Positions 51,331 through 63,446 of a DNA stretch of 64,000 nucleotides are shown here, piece by piece. Under the pieces are notes generated by a model. The model had not been told where the DNA came from, made no database searches, and saw only the letters and a program-made list of their open reading frames with translations. How positions within the stretch are numbered: position 1 is the first letter of the stretch; each line of letters begins with the position of its first letter. This DNA comes from Camelus ferus (taxonomy: Eukaryota), in contig NC_045697.1 of NCBI RefSeq assembly GCF_009834535.1, positions 100,752,001-100,816,000 of the forward strand, read 5' to 3'. Position numbers and translations under genes: made by a program.

Positions 51331-52539
51331 TTGATATTTTACAGACTTCTCTTTTCTATGCCCTCTCATTGTAAATTGCTATCAGTCAGGCCAATATGAT
51401 TATTTGCTATTCAATAAACAACTTCAAAAATGAGGTACAGGTGCTTGGTTTGGAGTCTCAATCATCTTGGATCTCACAGAAAAAAATTAACAGTTCCTTG
51501 AGGGCTGAATTTTCAAACCTTCTCTTAGGCAAGATCACAGAACCAGGGCTGGATTTCTCCCAGAGGTCATGTAAAGACCAACCCCTTTATTTTGTAGGTG
51601 TTTACACCTGGATAACTAGGTAAGTTTTCCAAGGTCTTACAGCCAGTTAGAGGCTGGATTAGACTGAAAGATTCTCATTTCCTAGCTGGGTTCCTTTTCC
51701 ACTGCATAACATTTTCCTCATCTCTCACAAATCAGTGACTTGGAGCACAAATTCACACATCTTAAGTTCAAACGTGATGTGTATAGCTTCCAAAGGGAAC
51801 CCTACCAACTGTTAGTAAAACAAACAAAAAATGGAAAAGGGCTACCGAGCTGGCAGAAACTGAAGACCCTTCAGAGTAGGGGATTTTAACTATCCCTGCT
51901 GCCATTAATCACTGCTGACAACTTCTTCTGCAACTGCCTATGAAGCCATTTGCTAAGATACACAGTGGTCATAACATAGTACATATTTAATATTTAAACA
52001 TAATATTGCTTTCTTGGAAATGATTATCAAAGAATTGTTTAAATTATATAAAGTTTTAAATGCACATAGAAAAATTTTTGTAGTAGAACAAGGGCCTTAG
52101 AATAAGCATGAAGACCAAATTGTGGTATTAAAGAAAACCCAAAATGGAGCCCATAGTTTGAGTATTGAACCATTCACAGCCATGTAACCCAAACTTAAAC
52201 TGTTCTGATTTCCCTGAAATGCTGACTCTGATCTCAAATAAAACTTAAGCTTTCTTCCTGTCAGCATCACCACGCTGCTCTTAACCAACTAGCTACAAAG
52301 AAGTAAGCTCATGCAGTGCTTCAATCCTAAAAGGAATGTAACTTTCTAGTAAACAATCACAATACAAAACAACGTACTTCCTCACTCACGCTTTATAAAC
52401 TGTAACTGTTGAGAGCACAGCACTTTTGGTTTTGAAGTCTTCCTGTTTGCAAACAGTTTGTTTCTTGCTTGATAAGATATTTTTATCAACTAACGCTCTC
52501 CAGATTTTCTTTTGATAGTTTCTTCCCTACCCACTAGGT

Positions 52540-52720
52540 CCACCACTATAGACAAGTCAAACTCCATGAGTTTCTTCATTAGTAAAATGTGGAAACAATA
52601 ATAAGATTTATTAGAATATTCTCAGCATTGGATGAAATTATGCATATAAATTAATCAGCGCAGTGGCTGGTACATGGACTGTGCTCATAAAAATGTGTTA
52701 AGTCAATGAATGTTAGTTTA
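52540..52720 (+). mobile_element. MIR
   Basis: gagtttcttcattagtaaaatgtggaaacaata...gcgcagtggctggtacatgg. Confidence 0.65.
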
Positions 52721-53380
52721 TGTTGCTTGTCATATGTACTTCCCATAAGATTTCTCATGCATATAATTATTTGATAAATATGTCCTCTAAATGTTAAAGG
52801 GTCTGAGGAGCTTTGTTCTCATCTAAAGTTGCTGACATGTCATATTATCTCAGTTGATTTGCTTATAAGCAAGTAAGAAAAAAGCTACAAATGACTTCTT
52901 ACCGAGAGGATGATTTAGGACACATGTCCTTTTTGATATGACAAAGTTAGAACATTTTGCACTATGTTAAAGTAGGGTCTTCACTGAATGAAAATGACCT
53001 TTTTCTCTAATGATATATTCACAGGATTATGAAATGTATATATACTCAAAACATACCATAATAACTGATCATCTCTGGTAAAGATAAATGTTTAAGTGCT
53101 GCTCAATATTCATTCACAAAATTAATGCAACTGGTCATTCATTCAACTCATTTGTTCATTTATTTATTGGATATTTATTGAACTCCGAATCAGTGATTCT
53201 GAGATGCTGAAGTGAAAGTCATTGCCCCAAGGCTGGCACTCTTACCTCCCTTATCTAATTCTCTTGGGAAAAAAAGAAACAGTACAGGAAATTAGAACAG
53301 AAGTGGGTGAATGTTCCTTGCTGTTGCTGTGTACTTAGATTAGTCCTTCCTCTTCCAAAAACTATATCAAGGATATAAGC

Positions 53381-53696
53381 CAGCACCGTCCCGGAGAAAC
53401 AAAATACAAACCACACGTGTAAGCTCAAATGCTCTTGTAGCCACATGAAAACAAGTAAAAAGAAATAGGTGAAATTAAGTTTAATAATATATTTTAACCT
53501 CATCTTTTCAAAATATTACCACGTCAACATGTAACTGATTCTAAGATTATTAATTAAATAGTTTACATTCTTTCTTTCATAGCAAGTTGTTGATATCTCA
53601 TATGTATTTTGCACTTATGATATAGCTTAATTTGGACTAGCCGTATTTCAAGTGCTCAACAGGTTCATGTAACTAGCGGTTAGCATACTAGTGCAG
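53381..53696. mobile_element. MER33 (hAT-Charlie), near full length
   Basis: cagcaccgtcc...tagccacatgaaaacaagtaaaaagaaataggtgaaattaagtttaataatatatttt...ggactagccgtatttcaagtgctcaac...gtgcag. Confidence 0.88.
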
Positions 53697-53924
53697 ATTA
53701 CAGTCAGGGTTTAGGATGTGGGCATATCTTTTTAGAGGTCATCATCCAACCCACTACATTCCCCTAGAGCCCCTAGAAGGATTGCAGACCCACCAACGCC
53801 TTGATTTTAACCCAGTGATACCCATTTTGAACTTTTGATCTTCAATACTGACACTGCAAGGTAATACATTTGTCTTATTCTAAGCAAATTTGTGGTCATG
53901 CGTTTCAGCAGCAATGGGAAACTA
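53697..53924. mobile_element. MLT1C/D-like LTR pieces in opposite orientations
   Basis: 53700-53758 is the rc of an MLT1 start (tgtagtgggttggatg...aaagatatgcccacatcctaaacc); 53759-53924 is a forward MLT1 3' part (ccctagagcc...gccttgatttt...cagcagcaatgggaaacta). Confidence 0.75.
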
Positions 53925-55989
53925 CGAGGGTTTATCTCAAATCTTGTTTCCTCCACCCAGTGGTCTTTTATTGAAACCACTGAGTAAGAAGCACGTTAGT
54001 AATCTACCAGTAGGAAAGACATGTGAAGATATCCCCCTGACAAATGAAACTCTGGCTTGAAGCTTGAGAGCAAAGTAAGAGTTATGAAACCAAGTAACTG
54101 ATTCAGGAATGACAATGATCCAGACACTTGGAATAAAAGCTGCAGCATAGTCTGGACTAAAGGTCAATTGGTCAATATATTATACCTTCTGATACATTTC
54201 TGTAACCAGTCATTATCTCTAAGGCAGAAAGTGGTCCCAGTCTGAGGCTTTCTGAAGAGTAACACCAATGAATTTGCTTAGCCAGAGTAATCACATGGGA
54301 AAGGAGGAAGTCAGTAAGGAAGAAAGGAAGAAAGGAAGGAAGGAAGGGAAGGAAGATGGATCTGTGAAAATTCAGAGTTCATCAAAATAATAGCCCAAAG
54401 ATCAATTATCTGTGTCACATGACCCAATGCCTGCGAAATAATGAGAAAAAATCTGAACCTGGGATCATATTATATCAAACTTTTAATCCTATGAAGCAGC
54501 ATTAAAACAGTACTTTTAGCTAGTACTTTCTAGAGAAGTAAGCTAGGTCCCATAATGTTTTTAATATCAGTATCTGATGTGTTGCTTCATTAATTTTTGT
54601 TGAAAATAGTATAACTAAACTGCCAGGGATACGTATTTGCTGGCTGCTTTCTGTGTGTATAAATTTCCTAGTGTCTATTCCTACAGAAGGTACATTAAAA
54701 TAATAGAGTTTAAGGCATAACTAAGAATTAGCAAAAGGAATCTAGGCCAATTAATAAGACCCTAGAACTCATTATTAAACAAAATATCTACAGTTTTTCA
54801 GACTGTGGGGAATATTAGTTAGAGACAACAGGAAAAAAAAGCATTTAGTGTTCCTGTTGTCACTTGGTAATTGTTGAGAGTCACCAAGCAAGGGAGTAGA
54901 AAGGACTTCATCAGATAGGATAAGCCAACAGGCCACTCTAAAAGGAGGCCAGACAACCAGGAAGAGATTCAAAGGAATTTATCATCAATACATCTCTAGT
55001 AACCGGTAAAAAGATAAGCAAAGAAACAAAATTGTGGACAGAATTACCATTGACATGTATAATAATTGTTTGGGGGGAATAAAATATCTTAAGGTAGAAT
55101 AAAATTAATTTGTGAATCTTGAGAATACAATTTTTACCATATAAGCATAAAGAAATGAATGTAAATTTTCTCTAATAAATTTTCTAAAGGGGAGCAAATT
55201 GGATTAAAATTTTTACAATATGAAATATTTAAAGGTAAAGTATTTGCATATTGAGATTCATTGACTACCCCCGAAATAATTTTTAAAAGCTTCATAAGAT
55301 AAAGATTAGAATGTCCAACTTTCTCTTTCCAGACATCGATTACCAGAAATATGTAGGTTTGACATACACAGCATTGACAATTTTTACAACCTAAGTGTAT
55401 TTTAATCATAAGCACAAAGTGTAAAATGAAGGAAACGTTAGTCCAGTTCATTCTGATGCAAATAAACTATTGGATACAAGCAAGGTTTATAAGAAAATGC
55501 TGTAATAGAATTTTTTTTGCTTATTTCACTGAACAAACATTAATAATCTTCAGATGCGATGCTGGGAGATGTTTTCAAATTTGACAGAGTACAGATGTCT
55601 TTTGGTAAGACTGATCCAAGAATAGTCTATTTCTGCCACAACTCAGGCTTTTATTACAGAAACAAATTCACTCAACTTATTTGCTCAAGTGTTAGAGTGG
55701 GCACAAAGAAGGCAGAAATGGAAAATTCCATCTCTCATTAATTGTAGCCAAAAAAAAAAAAAAAGCTGTGCACTGTTCATCTTTCCTTTTATATCAAGGT
55801 AATTACATATTTTTTGTTTTTTCTTCCCCATACTCTTAAAATTTTATTATTTTTTCCACTTCTGAATCCAGAAATTTAAGTCTTGGTGTTTCCCTAATTG
55901 AACTATTTATGCCACACATACATAGTTTCTTTATTTCTCTTACAAGCATCAGTTCATTTAGTTTTCAAATGACCGAGTGAGGAGGACAG

Positions 55990-56110
55990 ACTAATGGCTT
56001 TTGACACAGGTCTGGGCAGAGATAAGTAACTTGCCTGAAATAGTGGGTAGGAATATCAGGATGTGAATCCACATCTGGCTAACTCCAAGGCCATCTACCT
56101 TCTATTATAT
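55990..56110 (-). mobile_element. MIR fragment
   Basis: cagagataagtaacttgcctgaa...ggatgtgaatccacatctggctaactccaaggcc. Confidence 0.65.
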
Positions 56111-57417
56111 GACAATAAGTTTACCTCTACTGCAATTCGCTTAGCTTCTACAATCATTGAAGTTTGGATGAAAATATTTCTTTACTGAAGAAATTTATTT
56201 TCACCTCAAATATTTCAAAATCCCTGAGTATACTCTATCCTACAATTCTATTTTATAGTTCTGATAGCCTTGTGTAGTGCCTGCTATTAAACTCAACATG
56301 TTATCCATTTCTTCTAGCCAATGGGAGCTGAGAATGGCTGTAACATTGAGGGAAACAAATATTTAAACTGTGGTCAAAATGGGTTATAGTGTCATCATTT
56401 TGTAACTTTCACTGAATCAGAAATATGGAAATGCTTGCATAGGATATCATTTCTAGGGAAGCCAAGTATCTTGGCCTTCATGATAAGTTATGATGATGTC
56501 AATGCTTAAGACATTTTCAAAATTATTATTGTTTATTCGTCTCTTTCCTTCTATCCTCTTTTTTTTTTTTTTTGATTGTCCATTAATTGTGACAGGCTGC
56601 CTTCTTAACTCTTTTGATTTTAATGCTCACTAAATTATGTGGGAAAATTTAAATGTTTCCAAAAAGGAAGCTCATTTATTAGGTAAAGCATACTGTCTTG
56701 TTTTGAAATTCCACAAAAATGAGAACACTAGTTACAATTTAATCCATTGTGGCCTTAAGGGAAGAGAGCATTTTCCGTCTCCAACCCTAAATCTGTCTCT
56801 ATAAATTAATACTTTGCCTTCTAAGAAATATGTTGGAACAAATAGCCAAAGAGATGATTTGTGGTAAAATACTTTCATAAGAATGACTAAGCATAATTTG
56901 GAAAGGAAAGAAACGATTTTATGCTGCTGCAAAGGGCCGAGGTGGCTTTTGTACAATTATACAGTCTTAGCTGATCAAATTGAGAGAACATTTGTCAAAA
57001 AGTCAACATTTAGCATGCTTAAACATTTCCCATTAACTCTAGTTAACCCTATTAATTTACTTCAGTGGAAAGAAAAACAACTTATGCTCACACGAAGCCA
57101 AGAAAAGTGAGAGTTTTTCTACATAGAAGGTCCTTGGAATGCACTAGTACCTTAAATCTCTTACATAACTGAAAATAATTAGGCCTGCATAGGAAAGTCA
57201 TTGTTGCAATAAAAATTTTGCTGAAAACTAAAGAAATAAGCTGTGTGTTGTATAACTATTTAACTTCTTTTTATTTGATTAGTTGACTAATCAAATGAAT
57301 TATAGAGATGATAAAATTGACTTTAAAATATTATATATGCCATGAAGTCTTTCTTGAAAGTCCATTAAGGTATAAAATATATCTTTTGAAAGGAAAGATA
57401 TTAAGTAAGCAACTTAC

Positions 57418-57440
57418 CTTTTAAAATGGGTACTGTTTGG
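57418..57440 (-). other. Candidate 23-nt micro-exon (unverified)
   Basis: Minus strand atttctgtttctgtttttcag|CCAAACAGTACCCATTTTAAAAG|gtaagt; near-consensus acceptor and donor in non-repeat DNA. Confidence 0.4.
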
Positions 57441-60039
57441 CTGAAAAACAGAAACAGAAATCTGTGGCCTGGAAATGAGTATCCGATCCACAAATCCAGA
57501 GAGATTATCAGGGGGGAGGTCTTCCTGACTTTAAAGATGGTATTATAAACAGGTCACAAACATATATTTTAGCAAGTAAATTACCTCAAATGCTAAATGG
57601 CAACCCCACTTTAAGTGCTGAAGTTGAGTGAAGTTCTCTACAGCATAAGCCCTAATGCTGCTTAATAAAAAAAAATCAGTGAATTGGAATCCACACCTGT
57701 TGTAATATGTGCATTGATTAAACTGGGCTGAAGGTTAATCAATGCAACTGAAAACATCCTGGAGTGATTGCCTGAGTATATGTACAACAAAGAAATCTGA
57801 AAGTCACTACAGGTCAAATGTCAGTATGTGCAAAGGCAGTGTGGCGCTGTTTTAAAAGCAAGCAAAGTGATAAGGCTGGATGTTGGGGGATACAGCCCAT
57901 AGGCAATTTATCTGGCTTGGGAAAGAAGGAACACAGAAGAAAACCACCTAATTACGTACAAGAAGTTATAGGATTAACATAATTGTCATTTTGGAACCCC
58001 TAATGATATTACTGACCCATGTAAGAACAATCACCTAAAGCAATTAAGTGAATGATTGATGGGGAATATGGAAAATTGCAAATGTAACCCCTTTCTGACT
58101 GTCTCTGGCTTGCACAGGGGAAACTAACTACAACAAAACAACTGGTGGGTCAGTCCCTTAGTCCAGTGCTACAGCTGGTCAACCAGAAACTAAGTTTTCT
58201 GCTGTGATGTAATGTAGTATTCAGCATCACTCACTCTGGATACTTACCCACAAAGTCGTTCTAATTTCCAGTTTGTAGGAATTAACAGAGGATGGAGGGA
58301 GAAGCTAGACAATGAGAGAGTCCAAAAAACTCCCGTTGTCAAAGTCGGGGCAAGATATGGAAGTGCTTTCATCTTTGCTTTTGGAAAATTGAGACCAGTG
58401 AGGTTTTGAAGATATTGACGTCACGGAAACATTTAAACTGAAGTAAAGTGTTTCTTCAGGATGTATCTTAGCTCAACGCCCTTATTTAAAGATAAGGAAA
58501 GCTAAGTTGAAAGGCCACCGAAGCTAGTGAGAACTAGGCAGCATTACACCCCAGACCCTAGGCCACGTTGCATGGCCTCGTGTTATTCTCCAGGGGTGTG
58601 GTGGTGCCTCGTCAAGGGGCATGTTCCCGAGCACCACAAATGTTGTAGACTGGAGGGAAATTTACAAATGATGCTAGTGAGAAAATGAAACAGCAGACTT
58701 GCACATGGACCAGGCAAACAGTCTTTAAGGTCGTCTTGGCATGGTTTTATGGGTAATTCACGGCTGGATCTCTCAAGGTTTAGTGGAGTGATTTAGGAAT
58801 TTCCTCCACCCCCGCCCATCTGTACTCTTATCTTTAAGAGTAATTTTTGCACAGGGAGTAATTTTAAGAAATTCCTGACCTCCATGGACAGTAAAATTTC
58901 ATAAAACAGTGAATTTATTTTAGCTCCCTAGGAATGGATAAAGAAAGTGTTACTGTTGTTTATTTTTCATGACCTTCTGATAATACTCAACAGAAAAAAA
59001 TACATTTATATCCTGCAGTCAAATTCAACTATGTAATCACTTCAACTGTACTTTTATGAAGAAAAACAAATATCACAATCAAAATATTTGCAACAGTCTA
59101 TCACACAGCAGCCACATATCCTGCTTACCTGAAAGATTTTTTGGCAATTATAACTTGCAAAATAAAGATTGGTAATCATTGCACTCATTTTTGCAATGAC
59201 CTTCACAACTGTTTTCTACTGAAGCCTGCTGGAAAGCTCTCGTTCCCAAATGGAGTTAAAACAAAGGCCCAAATTCAACATATTCCTCATCAGGCTAATG
59301 AGAACCCGTCGCAAAGGTGTGCCATGTGTGGTTTTAAAATGTTAAAAATTGTTTGAACAAATTAAGCCCTGCCTGAGTTTTCTCATGAGATTATTATAGC
59401 CTTTTAAAGGAAACTGTTGTTAGACATGGCCTTTTAAACCACGCTGATAAATCATTAACCCAACAATTTTGCTGTCTTTCACTCCAAGTGTATTGATGAT
59501 CTGCCCTCAAGAAAGGACTCTCAGATAGGTGGTTCTCATACCCACAGTCGTAAAGGAGTGTGGTATTGATCTGTTTATTTAGAGAAGGAATAGGACCTAA
59601 GAACTTCGGATCTAGGCCTACCTTTCAGTTTCCTGCACCCAGCAACAAGAAACAGAATAGGATAAATAAAATCACAAACCACAACCACAATGACAAAAAT
59701 TTATTTTCTACATTAACTGGAATCTTTCCTTTGATGTTGTACTATCACTGTCATCCAGTTCCCATAGGTGAACTGCTGGTAAAGAGTTAAAACATTTTTC
59801 TGAAGAGGGCAACTAGGGCAGGAAAAAAGAAAGCCAAAAACATGGATATTCTACAGTCAGAGATCGAATAGGTTTTCTGCCCTGCAAACCCAGGACACCC
59901 ACACTGTACACTCAGAACAAAGAGCGGAATTGGGCTGTTAAGCCTTTTGAATTGTAGGTCCTGCTCTGCCACTTATTTAAAATGAGAATACTAACAACTT
60001 GTTTCATTTTTATTTTCAAAGTCATCCTGATAATAAAGG

Positions 60040-60270
60040 TAATGGTAATTCCTATTGAATAGCTATCTCTTATACGCCAAGAACATGTTGTTTGTTTTTC
60101 CATTTAATCTCCACTACTACTCCATGACATAGAAATGATCTTCATTTAACAGATGAGGAAACAGATTTCGTTTGGCAAAGCATCCATGTTCACACAGTGA
60201 GAAAGTAAAAAATCCGGGATTTGATTTTAAGTCTATCTGACTCCATAGTTTATGTTGTTTTCTCCATACC
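60040..60270 (-). mobile_element. MIR
   Basis: catttaatctcc...catttaacagatgaggaaacaga...gggatttgattttaagtctatctgactcca. Confidence 0.8.
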
Positions 60271-60697
60271 AGTCTTATTTCCTTAAGAAATCAGACTGGG
60301 TGTAGTGAACAAATGGGCTAGACTCTATTTTATTTTAACTCTTAAGAAAGGGTCAATATTGTTTAGTAAGTTTTTAGCATTATGTAAATTAATACCTTAG
60401 ACTGTATTTGAAATGCAATGAGAAAGAGCTTACTAAATAGGTTACATGGAATTGTAAATAAACACAAACTCTTCTCTAAATGTTTGACATTCATTTATCC
60501 TACAGAAACATTCTCCAATCATAGTAACGTTACTTTGAGTCTACATCCTAGGTGTAGTCAAGGTAGTCAAGTACTCTAACCAGTACTCACTCCAAGGAAG
60601 GTTTGTTAGCTCGTATTTCATCAAAAGAGCCTATTCCAGATGTGGCCAACATAAGGTTCAGCTATATTTTATGAATGTTCAGTATCACAACCTTCTT

Positions 60698-60824
60698 TTT
60701 TTTTTTTTTGCAAGGGGAGGTAATTAGGTTAATTTATTTATTTAGTTTTTTGATGGAGGTACTGGGGATTGAACCTCGGGCATGCTAAACATTCCGCTCT
60801 ATCACTTGAGCTGTACCCTCCCCC
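60698..60824 (-). mobile_element. tRNA-Ala-derived SINE (Vic-1 type, long-tail form) with 12-bp TSD
   Basis: rc ggggagggtacagctcaagtgatagagcggaatgtttagcatgcccgaggttcaatccccagtacctcc...aacctaattacctcccc plus poly(A); TSD cacaaccttctt at 60686-60697 and 60825-60836. Confidence 0.92.
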
Positions 60825-62429
60825 CACAACCTTCTTAATTTGTGGAACACATGAGTGGTATTGAAGATCTGTGGGTGGGCTGAAACACTGCAAAGGAACA
60901 CACATGGGTAGGGTAGACGAATCTGGACTAGCCCTTCATCCCTGACCCAGAGAATCGACTACCTGGATCTCATTCCTAAATGGTCCTATGTTTAGCCAAT
61001 AGATTTTTGATCACATGACTCAGATTAACATGGTTAGCTGGCATGGGGTCACGTTTGCCTTGAGGTAACTTTTTGATTTCAAGGTTTTATCTGAACACCC
61101 AACAGACTGTTTAAACATACAGAAAGGCTTATGTCTCTGTTTTATACCTGCTGGCTGTTAAATATCTGTATGTGTGACAGAAGTCAACCTAAGACTGACT
61201 TATTTTCATGACGTGGAGGAGGGAAAGATGTATTTTCTCACCCACCTCTATCTATTAGAAGTCACTAATATTTGTCAAAAGGAACCTAGTAGTTGTAGGT
61301 AGACAACTTGGCTTAGACCAACTCAAGACAAATATGATTCATCTCTGTGCATCCTATGAACATCAATTCTGCCATTACCTTGGAACGACTGTTACTCCTT
61401 CACCATTATCACCTTCCTACCACCAAAAGGGAATGCTGGGTGGTCAAGCAAGGTGCTCTGGTATCATTTCATAACTCATTTTTGGATGCACTTGGACTTT
61501 CCACGGGTCTCTGGAAGGTTACTAGGCTGCCTGAAGACAGTTCCTCCTACATAATTTATAGAACCAGGCCTCCAAATGGTCCAACAAACTCTCATTCGTT
61601 CAAAACAAAGGCTTGATCCAAAACCAAATCAGTATAAACATAAATAAATGTCCTACGATTCAGGAGCTACTCCATCAAAGTATGCAAGGCTGGTGGGCCA
61701 TACCTCCTAAAAAAGTGACAGGTGAGTTCTCTCAACGATTCTTGAAAATGCCTTTCCAAGACAAGGTGGTGGTCATTAAATCCAGGAAAGCACCCTCCCC
61801 GGTTCCCGCCTCATGGTGATGGAGACAAGAAAAGCACCACGGCCTCTTGTGGTTGGAAATGTTGCCAAGGTTGATAAGTAGGCCTAATAAGAAGACAAGG
61901 ATTCTGAGCTCCATGGAAACAAATCATGTGAGCAGTGTTACTATCACAAGGCTCAAGGCAGACTGAAGCTAACATTCTAAGAAGTAATGTTTAGTGTGCA
62001 CTTAAACCACGTTTTTTACAGATGGGCGTCCCAGCTAGGATTTCTAATCTGGGTGACATTTCACGAAAGAATTGATCTAGGACACTTTCTTTACTTTTAA
62101 GTAATAGACATTTTCCTTAATTTTTATTTTCCAATCTCTAAATTCAAATGACTTCCTTCCTAGAGGTAGACATGTCCTTAGTTGTACAGCGGCCAGGAGA
62201 GTAGGTCAGGTCTTAGGTCACAGTGAGTTAAGCGCCTTTTAGTAATGAACCCCAATTCATGGGCAGAGAGAAAGTCTGTACAAAGTTGTTTAAATGGAAA
62301 GTATCTGTGACTTTTTATTTTCTCACTAACGTATACTGTCTGAGGGACTAACTCACTTCCAAGGTTGCTCACGACTTCATGACTTCCAACACGTAAGGAA
62401 GTTTGGGAGAAGGCTGTGGAGTAGTTGGG

Positions 62430-62600
62430 AACAAAACAGGTTGTGGACTCAGCCTTAGAGGCAAATCTCACATTTTTCTCTCAGTAGTATAATGACAACA
62501 TCTACCTCCTACGATTATTTTGGGGATTGAATGAGATCATCACCAAAAGGCATGTAGCGCAACGCCTGGCATGTAGTAGGTAATCTGTACGTATTCACCA
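62430..62600 (+). mobile_element. MIR fragment
   Basis: ataatgacaacatctacctcc...ggggattgaatgagat...gcgcaacgcctggcatgtagtagg. Confidence 0.7.
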
Positions 62601-62769
62601 TAAACAAAACCAGATTACTTATTCAAATTCCTTGAAAAAAAACACCTTCTAATTTTTCTGTATCATAAATTTGGATTTTCACAAATTTCCTTTTCTTTTG
62701 GTTGCTGCTAAACCACATTATGATCACTAACCCTCTGGAGTGTGTAATTTTGCTGAAAGCCTCGGGTGA

Positions 62770-62980
62770 TACAGGCGTGGTTCAAAGAGCATCAGTTTGG
62801 AGTCAGAAGTCCTGGTTTGAATTCTAGCCATGTGACTGACAGCAGACCGCTTCATGGTTCTGAGCTCTATTTCCTGACCTTACATTGTTGTTCTGAAAAT
62901 TGAATGAGGTAAAGTGTAACAGAGTGGCTATCCCTGAGCCAGCATATAACAGATGCTCAGCAAATAATAATTGATTCTCC
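62770..62980 (+). mobile_element. MIR
   Basis: gcgtggttcaaagagcatcagtttggagtcagaagtcctggtttgaattctagc...gatgctcagcaaat. Confidence 0.75.
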
Positions 62981-63424
62981 CCATCTAAGGTATATACCTT
63001 GGGGGAGTGAGAAGTATGCTACGGATTTCTCTTTTTCCCTATGTAGCTCATTGATCAGCACACCCTTGGGGTCTACCTAATAATTAAGTATTTCCAGACT
63101 TCATGAATAAAATGTATTTCCAACTTTATTTGACTGTGTGACAAAAAGACCTGAGTATGTGAATCGGATTGTTTTCTAACTGAAATATCTGAAATGCTCT
63201 TCGGCACCTTACCACTCCTAGGATGCTATTTTCTGTGTTAATGATGTCCAAACAAATACAATGTTAAAAATAAATTGCAGGGAAGCACAGTGGAAAATAA
63301 AATTTACCAGGTGGAAGATCAAGAGGAATTAAATGCCAAAGCTCTATCTAGCCCATATGTCTGTAAAATTGATTTGACTTAATAAGTTTAATGCAAATAG
63401 AGTTGTATTGTTTGGGATGTGTGA

Positions 63425-63446
63425 ATACACACACACACACACACAC
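63425..63446. repeat. (CA)n microsatellite
   Basis: Direct reading. Confidence 0.9.

Noticed and set aside
51598..51619. Plus-strand 22-nt exon-like segment (ttttgtag|...CTAG|gtaagt)
   Set aside because: Isolated, on the opposite strand to the other candidates, with no other support; it shows that such patterns arise by chance
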